Positions 1-13,527 of a stretch of DNA of 64,000 nt are shown piece by piece. Position 1 is the stretch's first letter. Each line of letters starts with the position of its first letter. Position numbers and translations under genes: made by a program. The notes beneath the pieces were generated by a model. That model was not told the origin of the DNA. It did not search any database and worked only from the letters and a program-made list of their open reading frames with translations. Origin of the DNA: Sphyrna mokarran (Eukaryota); NCBI GenBank assembly GCA_024679065.1, contig JAGIQG010000040.1:5890001-5954000 (forward strand), given 5' to 3'.

Positions 1-424
1 TGAAATCCTTTAAAAATCGTCTCAAATCATTTGGAAAACACATAAATTGTCAACACTGTCCTCCTCTGTCCCTAACAGGCCCATCACCCATGGCATGTCC
101 CAATAACTCCAGTGCCGCAGCATTCCTGAGTTCTGCATCATCCTGCATCCCACTACGATGCCCAGGATCCTAACCACTCTACACTCTTTCCATCGCCTCT
201 GGCACCCCATGTCATTACTGCTTCACCCTTTTTTCTGCTCACCCTGTTTTTATTTCATTTATGATTCCTTCCATTGGGTCGCAAATGTTCCCATTTGTTC
301 TATCAGCTTGAGTACTTTAATAAATTTCAGTGTACAGTAGCACATCTCAATAACTACTCAATCAAATGGTCATTTTGCCAGCAGCATGATGTATGATTGC
401 ATTATTTATTTCCCTTTCTCACAG

Positions 425-1311
425 TGAACTTAGTCACCATTGTGATCCTCATTCGCAAAAACTGTGGTCTCTCCAGATGTGTCACTCGTTACCTGGTGGC
501 CATGTCATTGTCGGATCTGCTGGTTATTATCCTTGACCTGATATTGAGACACATTCCAATTGTTTTTAATGAATTGTTTCATTTCCTGAGATTGATCCCC
601 GTGTGTAATATCCACGCTGTCCTGCTTTATGCAGCCACTGATTGTTCTGTCTGGTTCACCGTCACTTTCACCTTTGATCGATTTGTGGCCATTTGTTGCC
701 AGAAGCTGAAAAATAAATATTGCAGCGAGAAAGTGGCATCTGTGGTTCTGGGAACAGTGACTGCACTGAGCTGTTTAAAGAATATTTTCTGGTATTTTAT
801 GGTAACACATCAGTATGTATTGATGAACGACCCTTGGTTTTGTAATTATTCATTTGATGTCCTGTTTTCTCCAGTCTGGGGAGCAATTGTGTTCCTCCAT
901 TACATTCTAACACCATGTATTCCATTTGTTCTGATTCTTCTTCTCAATTTTCTCACTGTCAGATACATTTTACTGACGAGCAGAGCCCGCAGAAGGCTCC
1001 GGGCTCACTGCAGTGGTGAGAATGCCAGAGACCCAGAAATGGAAAGTCGAAGGAACTCCATCATTTTACTGTTTGTTATTTCAGCCAATTTCATCCTGTT
1101 ATGGTCAACGATAATGATCGATACTTTATCTTTCCAGATATTTTGGTTAGGTTCTCCATCTCTATACAGTGCGGTTTTTGTTCGAGAATTGGGATTCATG
1201 TTGCAACTCATGAGCTGCAGCACAAACACTTTTATTTATGCGGTCACCCAGACTAAGTTCAGGGAGCAGCTGAAGAATGTGATGAAGTACCCATTTACTC
1301 AAAGTCATTAA
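425..1311 (+). CDS. GPR139/GPR142-like class A GPCR, copy 1, coding exon 2 (exon 1 lies upstream of the window)
   Basis: Pyrimidine tract and AG at 423-424, phase 1. The ORF covers TM1(part)-TM7 with LVAMSLSD (TM2), TFDRFVAIC (DRY-like), ECL2 Cys (DPWFC) and NTFIY (NPxxY-like). Stop TAA at 1309-1311. Confidence 0.9.
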
Positions 1312-1399
1312 GAGAAAGACTGAGTCACTCAGAGTTTCCAGATTTCTCTTTTGTTTACATTTCCTGAAAAGGGAGGTACAAACACGACAGGATCCCCAT

Positions 1400-2540
1400 A
1401 GATTCATCAAGTTGTATAGTGCAGAAAAGGTTCTTCAGTCCATCAAATTTGCACCCACAATAACTATCACTCAAACCGCATTACTTGCATGCTCATGCAC
1501 TTGTCCCATATCCTTGAATGTTATAATATTTCAAATTCTCATCCACATACTTGTTAAAATTTATAAGGTTTCCACCTCAATTACTTTTGCAGGCAGTGCA
1601 TTCCAGATTCTCACTATTTGCTAAGACTTTTTTCAAATCCTCTCTGAATGTCCTGCCGCTACCTCAAATGCTACACCTCCTTGTGATTGATCCTTGACCA
1701 AAAGGAATATCTGATTCCCATTCAGCCTGTCCATAGCCCTCATAATCTTATACACCTCAATCATGTCTCCTCAGCCACTTCTGTGCCTATCTAAGCCTCT
1801 TCAGTCTCCTTTATAGCTCAAATGTTCTATTCTAGGCAGAAGTGTTGCGAATATCCTCTGTATCAGCGGAATCACATCCTTCCTTCTGTGAGATGACCTG
1901 ATCCATACGCAGTACTCCTGCTGTGGCTTAACCAGTGTTCTGTACAGCTCCAACATTATCCTTGTTCTTCTACTCAATGCCACAACTGTCAAAAACAACT
2001 GTCTATATGCACTCCTAAACATGATATTCACCTGCTCTGCTGCCTTCAAGGATTTATGAGTATTTACCCCAAGAACCGTCTGTTCCCCTGAGTTTCCTCG
2101 TGTCCTGCATGCGTTAAATACTCCCTTGTCTTGTTATTTCTCCCAAAGTGCATCAAGTCGCACTTAGTAGGATTAAATGCCGCCTGCCACTGCTTTGTCA
2201 TCTGACCAATTTATCTCTACCTTTCTGACAACTACAGCCTTTTTCTTTACCTTTAACCACCCTACCAACCTTGCTTAGCATTCCTCTACATTTCATCCTA
2301 GAATTGATATAGATAATAAATAGGAAGTGTCCCTGCACTAATCTTTCTGATATGCCACTAGACACTGGTTTCCAGCCACTCAAACAGCCTTCTATGATGA
2401 TACTTTGTTCATAATTACGAAGCCAGTTTTGGATCTGCATTGCAAAGTTCCCCCGAATTCTATGTGTTTCATTTCTATCAATCAGTTCTCCCATGTCGGT
2501 CCTTGTCAAAAGCTTTGCTAAAATCCATACATCAATTGGA
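1400..2540 (-). mobile_element. Old CR1 LINE 3' fragment, duplicated along with the GPCR unit
   Basis: Degraded RT C-terminal peptides (LYRTLVKP..EYC; QNWL..Q..IIEG). A homologous copy lies at ~12890-13480 and ~15545-16100. Confidence 0.75.
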
Positions 2541-2929
2541 CCCTCCTATTGAATAGATCAACTATCCAAGATCCAATTACCTTGCTCTGACTTGACAGCA
2601 GTACAATAAGAACGATATAATTTCCTCTCCGATTCACCCTTTCAGCTGCCCATTATCCCACTACTTCACTCTGATTGGATAGCAATCATCCAAATATCAC
2701 CCTCTTGGTAAATGGTTCTACAATTCCCACAGTACACTGCTGGGGGTGGCCTGAAGAATTGAGATTTCAGAGAGGGCATGAGGTAAGCGAAGAAAGGTGA
2801 GGTCACAAACGGCACCTACATAACTATCTGGATTAAGAGTTAAGTGTTGCATTGTCAATTTGAAGTCAAATGGAACAGGAAATTGAAGGGGAAACAGGAA
2901 AATCATTAGGCTCCAGAATCAGCCTCAAC

Positions 2930-3262
2930 GAGAGAGAGAAAGGGAGAGATAAATCGCAAAAAAAACAATAGGATCAGATACCAAGAGAGAGAAAGAAAAA
3001 TAAGGGGAGAGAGTGAGGTAGGGTGAGAGGGGCAGAGCGAGAAAGGGAGGAAGTGACGACAGGGAGAGCCGCAGAGAGGCAGAAAGGGGGCAGAGAAGGG
3101 CAAAGGCATAAAGAAAAAGAGGGCAGAGAGAACAGGGGCATAAAGGGAGAAACAGAAGAGATAGTATGGAAAGTAGACACAGGGAAGAGAAAGAGAGGCA
3201 GAGAGGTGGGGGAAGGTGGAGCGGGCGAAAGTTAGTGAGGGAGAGAGAGATGGAGAGAAGGC
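2930..3262 (+). repeat. GA-rich polypurine low-complexity tract
   Basis: Almost pure A/G on the + strand. A longer paralogous tract lies at ~16490-17060. Confidence 0.8.
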
Positions 3263-3440
3263 CACGATAATAAGGAATAATGCTAGAATTATATACAGTA
3301 ATATTTCAACTTTACAAATAAAGTATGTTTATTATTTTAAAAATGGAAGGAGACAACAATAGCTGAGAATGCAGAGCCAAATATCCCCAGGAATAGCGTC
3401 AGGATCCCCCTTTGAACATCGAACACCTCCCTGTGCTTAC

Positions 3441-4215
3441 TGATGTACCCAAACAGCCCATCTGAAATGGCGTTTCGTAAAGCACTTTGGGGCAATTGGG
3501 CAAGAAAGCAAACTGACAGACTGCAGTTTAAAGACAGAGACAAACAGACTGCAACCCTGACGAGTAAATAAACAGGATATGGGTCATCTCCAGATGAAAG
3601 AGACTTTCTGGTCACACTGAGTTGTGTACCAGACAAAAGGGCACCGTGACTCCTTATTTAGGAGAGAGGTATGTGACCTATGTGTCTCCAGCCCCTAAAG
3701 GCATGGCCGTTGGGGACACACACAGAGATCGGTGTGTTAGTACCTGATTGGACTCTTATCGATCAGGGGATCAAATCCTGATCAATTGATTGGCAATGGC
3801 CAAAAAAGTGCGTGAAAGCAAACGGGGTATAAAGGGTACTGCTCAACCAGGAATATTTCTCTCTGTCTGACCCCACGAACGAGCTACAATAATGATGAAA
3901 AAACCCAGCAAGAGGAGAGCCTCCACACCCGACAAGTAAGGAAGAAGACCAGAGCCAGAACAGACCAAAGGACCAGACTACGCAAATGACTACAAGACCA
4001 GCGCGCAGATAAAGGCCAATATCTGCTTGGGTACTTGCCAGTCACACAAAGTTAAGTCAAGGTCGTCGAATTGGACTTAAATTTCAGTATTTTCTGTAAG
4101 GTAACTTATTGTTGGTCGGGTGGGTGATTATTGATTTTGTGGGTTTAAATAAAAACTGGTTGTATAACAAGACGTCTACTCATAGTTATTTGTCCACCGT
4201 ATAGGGGTTAAAACA
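3441..4215 (+). mobile_element. Possible solo LTR
   Basis: Begins TG where homology to GPCR unit 2 stops and ends ..AAAACA. It has an internal TATAAA (~3828) and AATAAA (~4148). No target-site duplication found. Confidence 0.4.
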
Positions 4216-4639
4216 CACAGTGCGGGAGGCAACACTGAAAAAGTAATTGACCACACTTTCCATGTTATCGTGGAGCAGGTGCAGGTTGGGGTAAAATCTT
4301 TGAAAGAGTCAAAATGGAGGAGAATTCTCCATAATCCCTGGTGGTTAAAAGTGTGAAAGGAATTTATGGGGTTAAAGAAGACCATATCCAAAGTTTCGTG
4401 CTATCACCTGCATTTAACTGGTGTTAACAAGTTGTCCCGAAATTAGTCGTTCCTCAATCTGGTTATGGTTCCTTTATTGTGGAGTCCAATAAGCGTAGAC
4501 AAAGGTCATAGGTAGAAGAGGGCACTCACAGTGTTAAAATGAGTGGCGCGGGCTTGTTGGGCTGAAGGGCCTGTTTCCTGTGCTGCGTTGTTCCCTGGCG
4601 ACAACAATGATAATGATTGTCGAGGGCTTCAATTTTCCA

Positions 4640-5180
4640 TATGTACTGACCAGCAACAATCAGTCCTGGTCCCTCCATGCTGATGCGATAGTTTGGAAAG
4701 CTCACCAGTGTCTCCACTTTCTCGGGGAGCTGAAAAATTCAAGTTGTCCACTGCAACCCTCACCAGTTTTTTTCACGCACCACAGAGACCAATCTTTCTG
4801 AATTTATCGCAGTTTGGTATGGCTCCTGCTCTGACCACGATTGGACGAGGTTTTGAACGTAACTGAGTCCATAACACAAACCAGCCTCTCATGCATTGGT
4901 TCCGTCTACACTTCCCACTGCCTCAGAAAAGCACCCAGCATAATCAAGTTCCCCATGTATCCCAGACATCTCCTGTTCCAACTTCTTCCATCGGGGGAAA
5001 AAATGCAAAAGTCTGAAAACACGTACCAAAAGATTCAAGAACACCTTCTTCCCTGTTTGCATCAGACATTTGAATGGCCCTATCTCACATTAAACTGTAA
5101 CAGGATATTCTGCACTCTCTCCTTTTCATTTCCTTCTCTTTCACCACAAACGCTATGTTTGACCGTATTGCACAAAAAAC
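4640..5180 (+). mobile_element. Rex1/Babar-type LINE 3' fragment
   Basis: Similar to the 3' parts of the copies at 19150-20700 and 49960-51240 (KAHQ.L.FL peptide, shared 3' UTR). Confidence 0.6.
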
Positions 5181-5859
5181 GCTGCTTTAACATTGGAAGC
5201 GGGGCACTACTTGTGGGCTACGTTTACCCAAATGTTCATGAGAAATTAATTTAGCCCACAAAGGGAGTCTCTGAGGTGGCAGGCTTCTTTTTTTAAGTCA
5301 AAGCCAACCTATAGAGTCAGCGATCTTCATCTGGTTTACCTTTTTCGGAGAAAGTGTAACCATCAACTTTTTTCCTGAAGTTGGCCCTGCCCACCGGGCC
5401 TCACTTAGGGCACTAATGTCAATATTGAAATGCCTGAGCTCTCAGCCAATGATAGCATTACACCATTACGGTCTGTCCCTGTTGAGATTCTCCACGAAGG
5501 CTCTGACATTCCAGAGCCAAAATTGCGTTTGCTTTTTGCAAAAAAAAAACTTTATTTGTTAAATATCTGGTCGAACATTACAAGCGTCTTGAAGTGGCCA
5601 CAAAGTGCAGGAATGTACAGTTTCTCTACATATATCGTGTTGCATTCTGCGGTGATGCAATGCAGTCAAAAAAAAACATTGCAGACATTGCAAAATGGTC
5701 GTTATCAGTGATAAAAAGATCCTTCTGTTCTTTACACTCGGCTCTAAATGATGGTGGCGGCCTCTGAGTCCACTTTTCACCCCTTCCGCAAGGTGGCTAC
5801 TTCTGTCTCTTCTATTATTAGATGTTTCTCGTGCCGAGATTTCTTCATTTGTAAAATAC

Positions 5860-6200
5860 ATTGAAAAACATGCTGAACAAAATGGCATTCACACAAAGTA
5901 CACAAATATTCAAGTGGTCTGCACAGACCGAGTTGCATTCTGAGATGCTTCAATCCAAATGTGATACATGTAATATGAGCCGTGTGCATTCGCTGTGGAT
6001 CATAATGCCCGAGTTGATCTATAACATTCCTTATCTTTCTATTCACAATGGCCGAAAGGTCTTCCACAGCAACCTTCCCATTTTGTGCATATGTGATGGA
6101 TGTCCCTTGCTTTACCGCATCCCTCAGCAAGTAATCCTGGCTTCTGGAATGTGTCAGTCTGCAACATGCGATCAGGGGCAACATTTGACACTGAGAAACC
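5860..6200 (-). mobile_element. L1/Tx1-like ORF2 C-terminal remnant
   Basis: Peptide CCRLTHSRSQDYLLRDAVKQG resembles the C-terminus of vertebrate Tx1-type ORF2. Confidence 0.45.
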
Positions 6201-6630
6201 ACTTTTCACCAGCTCAATTCACATTGATTGATCTATTGTTTTATGGTTTATCCATTTCTCCTTTCTTTGCAACTGTCTTATGCCGTGGCACCACTCCCAT
6301 TTCCAAGGAGTTTTGAAAGATTGTAATCAGCATATCGACTAATTCCACCTTCCCTGTCCTCAGTCAACCTCATACATCCCACAGATACGAGTAAATGTTT
6401 GACTTGATTTGGATGCAAAATGTTTTGGATTGAAACGAGTTAACTGAACTTGTTTGTTCAGTGAGTGTAATAAGTGTTAGCCTCCATGGATCCCAACTGT
6501 GTCACTGGAGGTTTTCTCACTGCTATTAATAAGGGATTCTTTTCAATGCAGCACAAACTCAGGAACTCATAGCTCGGGTGAGAGGGGGAGAAGACACTAG
6601 CTTCTGAGAATAGATTATAATGTTAGAAGA

Positions 6631-6847
6631 ATGGCGCAGACTCTAAGCTTACGCAATTTGAATATTACAACTGTGGATCAGAATCTGAGAGCAATAGACT
6701 GGAATTTTCTAACAGATGATGGAGATTATTTCTTGAACATCGTTAAGTCCATTGACGTTCAGAGACCATGGGATTACCAGATCGACGATATATTGAAAAG
6801 CATTCAAGAGGGATATTATCCTGTCCTTGCTATTGTTGGCGTCCCTG
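6631..6847 (+). CDS. GPR139-like GPCR copy 2, coding exon 1 (N-terminus and start of TM1)
   Basis: ATG at 6631, then MAQTLSLRNLNITT...YYPVLAIVGVP, with N-glycosylation sequon NIT. Donor G|GTAAGT at 6847/6848. The exon is 217 nt (phase 1), matching the exon 2 acceptor phase. An AT-rich TATA-like element sits at ~6523-6532. Confidence 0.85.
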
Positions 6848-8499
6848 GTAAGTTCTTCCATCCAGCTATTTATTCCATAAACTGTGATGAACTGAATTAT
6901 TTTTCTGGTTATTTACGCCCTTGAATAAAATGAATTCGATTTCTTCAGCTCCAGTCGCTCATTCCATTCCGAATCCCGTGACACCACGCCGCTCTCTGGT
7001 TGCCAGCAGAGGCCATTCAGAACCTAACATTTCCGTTTGACCTTGGCTGGATTTTCAATGTCATATTCTCTCCATCCCAAGTCCTGTCTGCAACCATCTC
7101 GATAATATCAAACATGCCCACTCCTGCCTCAGTCCAGCACATCCATTGAATAATTCCTCATCTCCGTGCGAATATTCTCATTCTTGGTTTCACTGCTGCA
7201 ACTAGTTCCCAATCCATTCATCAGATTCCTGCAAGTCCTCTCCCTTCAGGATTTGTCCAATCCCCTGTTTGCAATGAATTCCGCTCTCCCACCTGTCTGT
7301 AATATTCACATCCACATGGTCAAATTTGCCAGCTTAAAAAAGCTCAGAAGTAATAGAATGATGTGGGAAGTTCTTTTATTTACTTCCCGCTCTCCCTGGT
7401 GTGGTATCCATGTTGGAGGAGATGTTTTAACAGCTCTGACACGTCTTTGTAACTTTGTCTGTGCCAGTCCACTAGACGCCTGTGTTCGTCACTCTCAGTC
7501 GGTCATGATTAAGCAACGCGAGGGATCTCCCCTCCAATGTTATTCTTTAAATATATTTTCATTGAATTTTGGCATTTTTATGAATAATACAACACACCCT
7601 CAAACCTGAGATCCAGCACAGCTTGGGGTTTTCCCCATATATAAACATGGAAAAGGACAGGAAGAAGACAATGCAATTAATTCAGTACGTTCCGTATGCG
7701 CAGCTCCTCCACATAGACAAAAGAAAGCAAGAACAGACAAGTAACAGTATGGGTAAAAGAGGGGAAACTCAGCAGCCACCGCGTGTACTACCTACAAGAT
7801 GCATTGCAGCAATTCACTAAAGATCTTTTCACAGTGCCTTTCAATCCCATGACCACTCCCACCTAGAAGCACAAGGTCAGACTGATTTGAAACGTTAACT
7901 CAGTTTCACTCTGCACAGATGCTGCAAGAGCTCCTGGGTTTCTCCTAAATGTTTTCTTTTCGTTCCAAATTTTCAGCATCCGCACTGCTATTTTTTAGTT
8001 TCGAGCTGCCCAGCGATCGGGAGACTGGCAGTGTGGGCTACTTCACACGAGGTGATATCAGCACTGACAGATCGATGCACGTGCACTGGCCTACTCAGTG
8101 TTATGCTGGCGGCCCTCTGGTGGGAATACTGATTTCAGCGTGAAGGGCTCTCTGCACTGCACAGATTGTGGGCGGTTCAATTTAAAACTCCCACTGAAAA
8201 CACCAGCAGGATTCGCTCCATTTTTTTTCAGTGAATTTGACGCTTAGAATTTTTTTTTGAACAATAACCCCGTGATCTTCTCTATTCTGCATTTCCAATA
8301 ATTTAAATGCACGTTAATTTTCTGGAAATCATCTTTTCTTATGTGTATGTCTGCGGGTTTCAGGATGAAGTGATTGTTTCATTTTCCACGTTTTGTAGTA
8401 AATAAGTATATATCCTATGAAAGACTGTTTTTGACAGTTCTCAGAAATCACTCCCCTAGAGGGTTTAAGAACTTCTCTCATCGTGCATCTTGTTCAATG

Positions 8500-11480
8500 A
8501 ATAAATCAAAGAACAAAGAACAAAAAAAAAACTACGGCATCGTAATATCTCCTTTGGGCCTCCAAGCCTGTACCGACCATGTTGCCCGACTGAACTAAAA
8601 CATCCTACCCTTCCAGGGCGATATTCCTCCATTCCCATCCGATTCGTGTATGTTTCAAGACGCCCCATAAAAGCCGCTATCATACTTGTTTCCATTATTT
8701 CCCCGGCAACGAGTTCCAAGCTCCCATCACCTTCTCCGTAGAAAACGTGCCTCATACTTTCCGTTAAGCCTTGCCCCTAGAATCTTATACCTATGCCCCG
8801 TAATAATTGTCTCTTCCATACTGGGATAAAGCTTCTGACTATCCACTCTGTCCATGCCTCTCATATCTTGTAGACATGTTTCAGGTCACCCCTCAACTTC
8901 TGTCGTTTCAGTGAGTTTCTCCAAAATCTTTTCATTCTCTCCATACCAGACAACTTCCTGGTAAATCTCCTCTGTACCAACTCAAAAATCTCCACAGCCT
9001 TTTGGTAGTATGGCGACCGGAATTGAACACTATTCCAAGTGCGGTCTAATGAAAGTTCTATAAAACTCAATGCCCCGGCCAATGAAGGCAAGCATGCCGT
9101 ATGCCTTCTTGATTATTTTTTGTGCTTGCATTGCCACTTTCAGCGACCTGTGTACTTGTACACATAGATGCCTCTACCTATCAATACTATGAAGGGTTCT
9201 GCCATTTACAGTATGTTTCCTATCTAAATTAGACCTGCCAAAATGCATTGCCTCACATTTCTCTGAGTTCAACTCTGTCTGCCATCTCTCTGCCCAAGTC
9301 TCCAACCAATGTATATCCTGCTGTATCATGTGATGGTTCCCATCACTACCTGAATATCTACCAATCTTTGTGTCATCTGCAAACTTACTAATCAAACCAA
9401 TTAAATTTTCCTCCAAATCATTTACATATAATACAAACAGCAAAAGTCCTAGCGCTGATGCTTTGGATGCAGAACTGGCTCGGTCACAGAAGACAGAGGG
9501 TAGCAGTGAAGGACGCATTTCTGAACAGGGGGCTGTGACAGATGGCGTTTCTCAAGGATCGCTAAAAAGACCATTTATTTCCATGCCGGAGTAAAGCCTC
9601 TGCAATAATTTCCCGAGCATTGACACAAGGCTCATAGGCCTGCAATTATCTGGATTATTCTTGCTACCTTTCTCAATGAAAGGAAAAACATTAGCCATTC
9701 TCCAATCCTCTGGGATCTCCTCGCAGCCAGTGAGGATGCAAAGATTTCCGTCATGGCCCCAGCAATTTTCTTCCTTGCCTCTCAGTATTCAGACCGATTA
9801 GGCCCTGGGAACTTAGCTGCCTCAGTGCTTATCAACAACACCAATACTTTCACCTTTTTAATCTCAAAATAACTCAAACTATATGCACACCCTTTCCCAG
9901 ACTCATCATCCATCAAGCCATTTCTCTTTGGTAAATGCTGATGCAAAGTACCCATTTAATACCTCAGAATTTCCTCTGGCTCCACACATAGATTCCCTCC
10001 CCTACCCTTGAGGGGGCCGACCATTTCCATTTCTACCCTCTTGCTCTTCATATATGTATAAAAAACCTGGGATTTTTCTTAATCCTTTTGGCCAATGATT
10101 TGCTGTGATCCTTTTTAGCCCTCTTTATTCCTTGCTTAAGTTTCTTTCTACTTTCCTTGTACTCCATACTTTCTTCATTTGTTCCCAGGCTCCTATCGTG
10201 GACAAATTCTTGCTTTTTCTCTTTGACTACGCTCACAATATCTCTGGTTATCCAAAGTTACCAAAATTTGCTATTCTTATCATTCATCCTTTGAGGGACA
10301 TGCCAGTCCTGATCCCTGTCAACTTACATTTGAAAGCCTCCCACATGCCAGGGATTGATTTGCTCTCAAATATCTGGCTCCAATTGAAATTTTTCAGTTC
10401 CAGCCCAATATTGTTGTAATTAGCCTTCTCCTAATTTAACATCTCAACTTGAGGACTACACTGATCTTGATCCATCAGTACCTGAAAGCGTAATGAATTG
10501 TCGTCACTATTCTCGAACTGCTCTCCGACTGAAACATCAACTACTTGCCTGGGCTTATTCTCCAATACAAGATCCAGTACGGCTCCTTCAGTAGTTCAGC
10601 TAACTACATACGTTTTAAGAAAACATCTTGAATGCTCCTTACAAACCCTGTCTCAACCATAACCTTAGCACTAAATGAATACTCATCGATATAGGGTGTG
10701 TTAAAATCTCCCACCACAACAAACGTATTAGTTTTACACCTTGTCAAAATCTACCTCCATATTTGTTACTCTATTTCCCGCTGGCTGTTGAGCGCCCCTA
10801 TAGCAAACATGAACATTGTGATTGCACCCTTCCTATCCCTGAGCCCTATCCATATTGCCTCGCTGTACGAGACTCTGAGTGTCATCCCGCCGTACAGCTG
10901 TAAGCTTCTCCTTTACCTGTTACACTCCTCGCATTGAAACAAACGCACTTCAATCTACCAGACTCTCATTCATTAGCAACCACATTCTACCTCTCTTTCT
11001 CTCAGTCTTAGTGGCCTACTCTCTGGTTCCCGTTCAGTTAATTCACTTTGCTTTTGTTCCCACTCCTCTCCAAACTAGTTTAAATCTTCCCGTGTGACAC
11101 GAGCGAACCTCCCAGTCAGAATAATTATATCCTTCTGGTTTAGATGTACTCCATCCTACTTGATCCTAATGGTCTGGATATATGCAACTCCACATCTTAC
11201 GGCAGCTGTTCAGCCACTTGTTGAGTTGTGATATCTTCCTATTTTCAGTCCCACTGGCATGTGGTACAGAGGGTAAGCCTGAGACTATAACGCGAGAGGT
11301 ACTGTTTTAACTTACTACTGAACACCCTAAACTGCTGCTGCCTCTGTCTACCTATGTCATCAGCACAAATATGTACTTCAGAAATTGGTGTTCACTTTCT
11401 CCCTTCAGAATTCTTTCTGTCCATTCACAGCCATGCTCGACCCTGGCACTGGGGAGGCAACATACCATGCAGATGTATCT
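8500..11480 (-). mobile_element. Degraded long CR1 LINE in the GPCR copy 2 intron
   Basis: Broken APE and RT peptides (LLFVLYVNDL..ISKFADDTK; VQRRFTR; KRIKKNPRFF), with the CR1 tail near 8500. Confidence 0.85.
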
Positions 11481-11908
11481 TTCATGTACAAATCAAAATA
11501 ATTTAACATTGTTTTAAACCGTTTGGAAAATGCATAAATTGCCAATATCTTTCCTCTGACCCAACAGGCCTCTCATCAGTGGCTCCTTCCAATAACACCT
11601 ATGCCCCATCACTCCTGAGTTCTACATCATGCCTGCATCCCACCACAATCACCAGGATCCCCTGTCACCCTAGATGCTCTCCATCACCTCTGGCTCACTG
11701 TGTTGTTGCAGCCTCACATTTTTCTGCACACCCTGAGTTTGATACAATTCCTTACATTGTGTCACAGACTTTCCCATTGTTGTGTCAGGTCTGATTATTT
11801 TAATACATTACAGTATGCAGTAGTACGTCTCAATAACTCCTCAGTCAAAGTGTTCATTTTGGCAAACGCATGATGTGTGATTCCATTGTTTATTTCCCTT
11901 CCTCACAG

Positions 11909-12795
11909 TGAACTTAGTCACCATTGTGATCCTCATTCGCAAAAACTGTGGTCTCTCCAGATGTGTCACTCGTTACCTGGTGGCCATGTCATTGGCAGAT
12001 TTACTGGTTATTGTCCTCGACCTGATATTGAGACACATTCCGATTGTTTTTGATGAATTGTTTCAGTTCCTGAAATTGATCCCCATGTGTAATATCCACG
12101 CTGTCCTGCTTTATGCAGCCACTGACTGTTCTGCCTGGTTCACCGTCACTTTCACCTTTGATCGATTTGTGGCCATTTGTTGCCAGAAGCTGAAAAATAA
12201 ATATTGCAGTGAAAAAGTAGCATCTGTGGTTCTAGGAACAGTGACTGCACTGAGCTGTTCAAAGAATATTTTCTGGTATTTTATGGTAACACGTCAGTAT
12301 GCATTGATTAACGACCCTTGGTTTTGTACTTACTCATTTGATGTCATGTTTTCTCCAGTCTGGGGAGCAATTGTGTTCCTCCATTACATTCTAACCCCAT
12401 GTATCTCATTTGTTCTGATTCTGCTGCTCAATGTTTTCACCGTCAGATACATTTTAGTGATGAGCAGAGCCCGCAGGAGACTCCGGGCTCACTGCAATGG
12501 TGAGAGTGTCAGAGACCCAGAAATGGAAAATCGAAGGAACTCCATCATTTTACTGTTTGTTATTTCAGCCAATTTCATCCTGTTATGGTCAACGATAATG
12601 ATCGATACTTTATCTTTCCAGATATTCTGGTTAGGGTATCCATCTCTACACACTGCGTTTTTTGTTCAAGAATTGGGATTCATGTTGCAGCTCCTGAGTG
12701 GCTGCACAAACACTTTTATTTATGCGGTCACACAGACTAAGTTCAGGCAGCAGTTGAAGAATATGATGAAATATCCATTTACTCAAAGTCATTAA
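11909..12795 (+). CDS. GPR139-like GPCR copy 2, coding exon 2 (spliced protein 367 aa)
   Basis: AG at 11907-11908; G+TG rebuilds the Val of GVP-VNLVT. Same 7TM motifs as copy 1, and the ORF is uninterrupted. Confidence 0.92.
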
Positions 12796-13527
12796 GGGAA
12801 ACTGAGAGTTTCCAGATTTTTGTTTTCATTTCCTTTTACATTTCTTGAAAAGAGAGGGTTCAAACACAACATGATCTCCATCGATTCATAGAGTTGCACA
12901 GTGCAGAAAAGGTTCTTCTGTCCATCAAGTCTGCACTCACAATAAGTGCCACTCAAGTCACATTGCGTATATGTTCTAGCACTTGTCTCATATCCTTGAA
13001 TGTTATGATGTTTCAAGTTCTCATCCAGATACTTTTTAAAGGTTGCAATGTTTTCCACCTCCATTACCTCCATTCCATCGCAGGCAGGGCATTCCAGATA
13101 CTCATCATCCACTGAGTATTTTTTTTACAAATCTCCTCTGAATCCCCTGCCCCGTTCCCAAAAACTATGTCCCTTTGTGATTGATCTCAACCAAGGGGAA
13201 TAACTACTTCCAATTCAACATGTCCATAGCACTCATAATCTTACGTACCTCAAACATTTTGTTTGGCCACCTCTGTCCCAGAACAAAATAACAATCTAAA
13301 TCTATCTAGTCTCCCTTTATTGCTCAAATGTTTCATTCTAGGCGAACTCTTAGTGAATATCCTCTTTACTAGTGGAATCATATCCTTCCTACAGTGAGGT
13401 GGCCAGAACTGTACGCAGTATGCCAGCTGTGACCTAACCAGTGTTCTGTGCAAATCCAACGTTACCTACTTGATTTTCTACCTTATGAACTATGAATTAA
13501 TGAATCACCTTATGAACTAATAAATCA

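Noticed and set aside
2906-3265. Hydrophobic ORFs here and at 16536-17099
   Set aside because: Artefacts of translating GA/TC low-complexity tracts.
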